Source: a virus
Taxonomy: Duplodnaviria; Heunggongvirae; Uroviricota; Caudoviricetes
DNA: 9,255 nucleotides
Strand: one strand, 5' to 3'
Virus record (IMG/VR): IMGVR_UViG_2778261231_000013
The notes below the pieces were generated by a model. The model was not told where the DNA came from. It was given only the letters and a program-made list of their open reading frames with translations, and did no database searches. The position numbers and the translations under genes are program-made. Position 1 is the first letter of the stretch; every line of letters starts with the position of its first letter. Below, one piece after another: positions 7,259 through 9,255 of this stretch.

Positions 7259-7840
7259 TTAGAACCAGCCATGCGTGCCGGAATCCTTATTCCTGGTCGC
7301 AGGGAATTTTTTGTAAAGCGTAGATATCCCAACATCGTAAATTATAGCAACCCTCCGGCGAGATTCTCCTGCCGCTATTAATCTACCCGCCTGCGCCCAT
7401 TGTTCTGGTGTTAGTTTTGGTCGTCTACCTCCGATCCTTCCCTGCGCGCGAGCGGCCACCAGTCCTGCACGCGTACGCTCGACAATCAATTCTCTCTCCA
7501 TCTCTGCCAGTGCCCCCATAACATGAAAAAAGAAACGCCCCATTGGCGTTGATGTATCAATACTGTCAGTCAAGCTGCGGAAGTTCACGGAACGTTGCTT
7601 TAGCTCCTCCACGAGAATTACCAAGTTCCGCATACTCCGCCCAAGACGATCCAGCTTCCAGACAACAAGCGAGTCTCCTGGAGAAAGGCGCTTTAGTAAT
7701 TTTTTAAGCCCTGGCCTTTCCGCTGTTCTCCCGCTCATTTTATCTTCAAAAATTAGCTCACATCCTGACCGCTCAAGCGCATCACGTTGCAAAGCCGTGT
7801 TCTGGTCATTTGTTGATACGCGCACATACCCAATAAACAT
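7259..7840 (-). CDS. Site-specific DNA invertase, serine recombinase of the Din family (Gin/Pin/Cin/Hin-like)
   Basis: 193-aa ORF with N-terminus MFIGYVRVSTNDQ carrying the catalytic serine, then conserved blocks LVVWKLDRLGRSM, FRSLTDSIDTSTPMGRFFFHVMGALAEMERELIVERT and a C-terminal helix-turn-helix (VAIIYDVGISTLYKKF). It is near-colinear with my recollection of Pin (e14) and Gin (Mu). Confidence 0.95.
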   Translation of the reverse strand: MFIGYVRVSTNDQNTALQRDALERSGCELIFEDKMSGRTAERPGLKKLLKRLSPGDSLVVWKLDRLGRSMRNLVILVEELKQRSVNFRSLTDSIDTSTPMGRFFFHVMGALAEMERELIVERTRAGLVAARAQGRIGGRRPKLTPEQWAQAGRLIAAGESRRRVAIIYDVGISTLYKKFPATRNKDSGTHGWF

Positions 7841-7894
7841 AGTTTTTCATTCCGTTAAAACGATAAATCATGCCATTCGCATAAAAATTATGCA

Positions 7895-7920
7895 TTTTCC
7901 AAAACGTTGGTTTGGGGGAA
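7895..7920. other. Candidate 26-bp invertase crossover site (hix/gix/cix-like)
   Basis: TTTTCCAAAACG-TT-GGTTTGGGGGAA: two imperfect inverted 12-bp half-sites around a central TT dinucleotide. It resembles the Din-family consensus half-site TTATC(C/A)AAAACC (about 9-10 of 12 matches per half). It lies 55 bp upstream of the invertase start, where such sites sit next to gin/pin/cin. Confidence 0.6.
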
Positions 7921-8259
7921 GCGGCCAAATTGCCTGCGATTAGTGGCTCTTTATCATCATCTGGCTGGATAAAAATCCCTGTTATAGAGGGGGAGTCTTT
8001 TATTATCCAATGGGGAAGAATCGGACCTTCTGATAGTAAAACTGGTGTTGCAACAGGAAGTTATCCTATTGCTTTTCCAAATTCTGCATTTATGGCATTT
8101 ATTGCTGAAAAAACCGCAGTATCCACAGGCCCAATAGGTATTAATTCCTGGGGAGTGTCCGAACTAACAAAAACAGAATTAAAGGCCATTTGTGCTGCAA
8201 GGACTATATCAACTTCAGCCGCAACTGAAATAGGTGATTTTCTGGTACTGGGATATTGA
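7912..8259 (+). CDS. Start-less tail-fibre C-terminal variable cassette (silent alternative receptor-binding end; no ATG start of its own)
   Basis: The ORF track starts it at a TTG, but the frame is open from 7885 across the crossover site. Its stop TGA (8257-8259) is followed by a tfa gene, the usual fibre-then-assembly order. It has no promoter or constant N-terminal fibre part in this orientation. Markedly AT-rich. Confidence 0.5.
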   Translation: MGEAAKLPAISGSLSSSGWIKIPVIEGESFIIQWGRIGPSDSKTGVATGSYPIAFPNSAFMAFIAEKTAVSTGPIGINSWGVSELTKTELKAICAARTISTSAATEIGDFLVLGY

Positions 8260-8279
8260 ACTTCCATAAGGATTATAAA

Positions 8280-8729
8280 ATGTCGAGCATAATATACTAC
8301 AGCTCTATAAATAATGCATTTTACCCTGAGCATTTGAAACAAGAATATATTAAATCTAATTCTTTTCCAGCAGATGCAAAACCCGTTAAATATTCTGTTT
8401 TCGAAGAATTTGCACTTAAACCAGCACCAGAAGGAAAATACAGATGCGTTGGTGAAGATGGAATGCCATCATGGGCAGATATTCCACCACCAACACATGA
8501 GGAACAGATTGCCGCAGCCGAATTGAAAAAGCAGCAATTGATTAACCAGGTCAACGAATACATGAACAGTAAACAATGGCCCGGTAAAGCGGCTATTGGT
8601 CGTCTGAAAGGTGAGGAACTGGCGCAATATAATCTGTGGCTGGATTACCTGGACGCACTGGAAATGGTCGATACTTCCAGTGCTCCAGATATTGAATGGC
8701 CTACGCCTCCGGCAGTTCAGGCCAGATGA
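8280..8729 (+). CDS. tfa: Tail fibre assembly protein (Tfa family; Mu U / lambda Tfa-like)
   Basis: ATG at 8280 preceded by AGGA (8270-8273); I prefer this to the upstream in-frame TTG at 8256. The C-terminus ...VDTSSAPDIEWPTPP matches the conserved Tfa C-terminal motif (compare TfaE ...VDTSTAPDIEWP, from memory). Confidence 0.8.
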   Translation: MSSIIYYSSINNAFYPEHLKQEYIKSNSFPADAKPVKYSVFEEFALKPAPEGKYRCVGEDGMPSWADIPPPTHEEQIAAAELKKQQLINQVNEYMNSKQWPGKAAIGRLKGEELAQYNLWLDYLDALEMVDTSSAPDIEWPTPPAVQAR

Positions 8730-9255
8730 CATCTGGCGCGGTGCTGGTATCAGTTGCCGTCACCGCGTCAATGTAATCCAGCACAGCGTTAAGGCGGGTT
8801 GTTTCTGCCTGCGTCAGCTTCCGCCCGGCCTGTAATTTCAGTTGAATCAGACTAATGGAAGCCATTGCAGTATCCATCAGCGACTGGCGCTGTGCTTCTG
8901 CTGCGTCTACTGCGGCGCTATGCTGTGCCTCAGTATCGGTCACCCATTTCTCACCATCCCATTTATCGTATGGCGTTAATGGGGCGATAGTGGTTGTATT
9001 TTCAGGGTAATCACCCGGAGCGGTGATTTCTTTTGATTCTCCTGTTTTGGTGCTATAGACCGTTTCACCGCGATGGTCTGGCACATATTCCCATGAGTTA
9101 AAATCTGCAGAACGGCAGATTGCATAACCAGCCTTATGTGTGCCAGGGGCATCTAAACAGGAACATGCCGGAATGCCGACACCAACGGCAAGATATTCAT
9201 TTGAAGTGGAAATATATTCCCGAGTTTCACCATCATAGCTATAGACGGTAATATT
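8701..9255 (-). CDS. tfa: Second tail fibre assembly protein (Tfa family), 5'-truncated by the window edge
   Basis: The minus-strand frame is open from the window edge to the stop at 8701-8703. Translation (...FNSWEYVPDHRGETVY...KWDGEKWVTDTEA...TDTSTAPDVIWPELPEA) is colinear with my recollection of e14 TfaE. The ORF track's 8701..9084 reflects only the first in-window alternative start (GTG); no ATG/GTG/TTG exists upstream in frame, so the real N-terminus lies past 9255. Confidence 0.8.
   Translation of the reverse strand, partial: NITVYSYDGETREYISTSNEYLAVGVGIPACSCLDAPGTHKAGYAICRSADFNSWEYVPDHRGETVYSTKTGESKEITAPGDYPENTTTIAPLTPYDKWDGEKWVTDTEAQHSAAVDAAEAQRQSLMDTAMASISLIQLKLQAGRKLTQAETTRLNAVLDYIDAVTATDTSTAPDVIWPELPEA

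Larger units (their letters stand above)
1..9255. mobile_element. P2-like prophage or phage-derived contractile-tail element, tail module only (partial; continues past both window edges)
   Basis: Contiguous homologues of P2 ogr, D, FI, FII, E/E', T and U, plus a Din-family invertase and tail-fibre assembly genes. No head, replication or integration genes are in the window, so prophage versus tailocin cannot be decided here. Confidence 0.85.
7908..9255. other. Invertible tail-fibre segment, partial (left boundary at the crossover core; right boundary and second site lie beyond the window)
   Basis: Inferred from the site at 7895-7920 plus the convergent cassette layout (fibre C-terminal cassette and tfa on plus; tfa' on minus), which is the Mu G-segment / e14 P-segment architecture. 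Only one crossover site is present in the window. Confidence 0.55.

Noticed and set aside
8256-8279. Upstream TTG start (8256) for the plus-strand tfa, as given by the ORF track
   Set aside because: The ATG at 8280 has a proper AGGA Shine-Dalgarno 6 nt upstream. The TTG overlaps the stop of the preceding cassette and would add MNFHKDYK with no ribosome-binding site.
8061-8732. Minus-strand ORFs 8061-8342, 8321-8563 and 8469-8732, and plus-strand ORF 8611-8835
   Set aside because: They are antisense or out of frame relative to the fibre cassette and the two tfa genes, whose conserved C-terminal motifs fix the true frames.
9029-9054. GTTTTGG-containing 26-mer inside the minus-strand tfa, tested as a possible second crossover site
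   Set aside because: Only about 11 of 26 positions match the inverted 7895-7920 site. The real partner site is presumably beyond the window.
1-9255. CRISPR arrays, tRNA or rRNA genes, and insertion sequences
   Set aside because: No direct-repeat/spacer periodicity, no cloverleaf-like or rRNA-like segments, and no transposase-like ORF or terminal inverted repeats were seen. Coding density by phage tail genes leaves no room for them.

Overview
This window is almost entirely the tail-morphogenesis module of a P2-like (Peduovirus-type) contractile-tail prophage or phage-derived element, with enterobacterial-looking composition. Left end, minus strand: the late activator ogr and tail protein D. 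Plus strand: tail sheath FI, tail tube FII, tail chaperone E with a -1 frameshift extension E', tape measure T and tail protein U. Right end: a minus-strand Din-family (Gin/Pin/Cin/Hin-type) serine invertase next to a 26-bp hix/gix-like crossover site, followed by the start of an invertible tail-fibre segment (a start-less fibre C-terminal cassette and a tfa gene on the plus strand, converging on a second tfa gene on the minus strand that runs off the window edge). I found no rRNA, tRNA, CRISPR array, or convincing defence/cargo gene, and I do not see evidence of a wholly new system. The points most worth a second look are architectural: the FI-U block is inverted relative to D-ogr compared with P2, a single Ogr-type dyad sits between the divergent D and FI genes, and the invertase switch is only partly captured. 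All protein-family calls rest on reading the translations against remembered family features; no database search was run.
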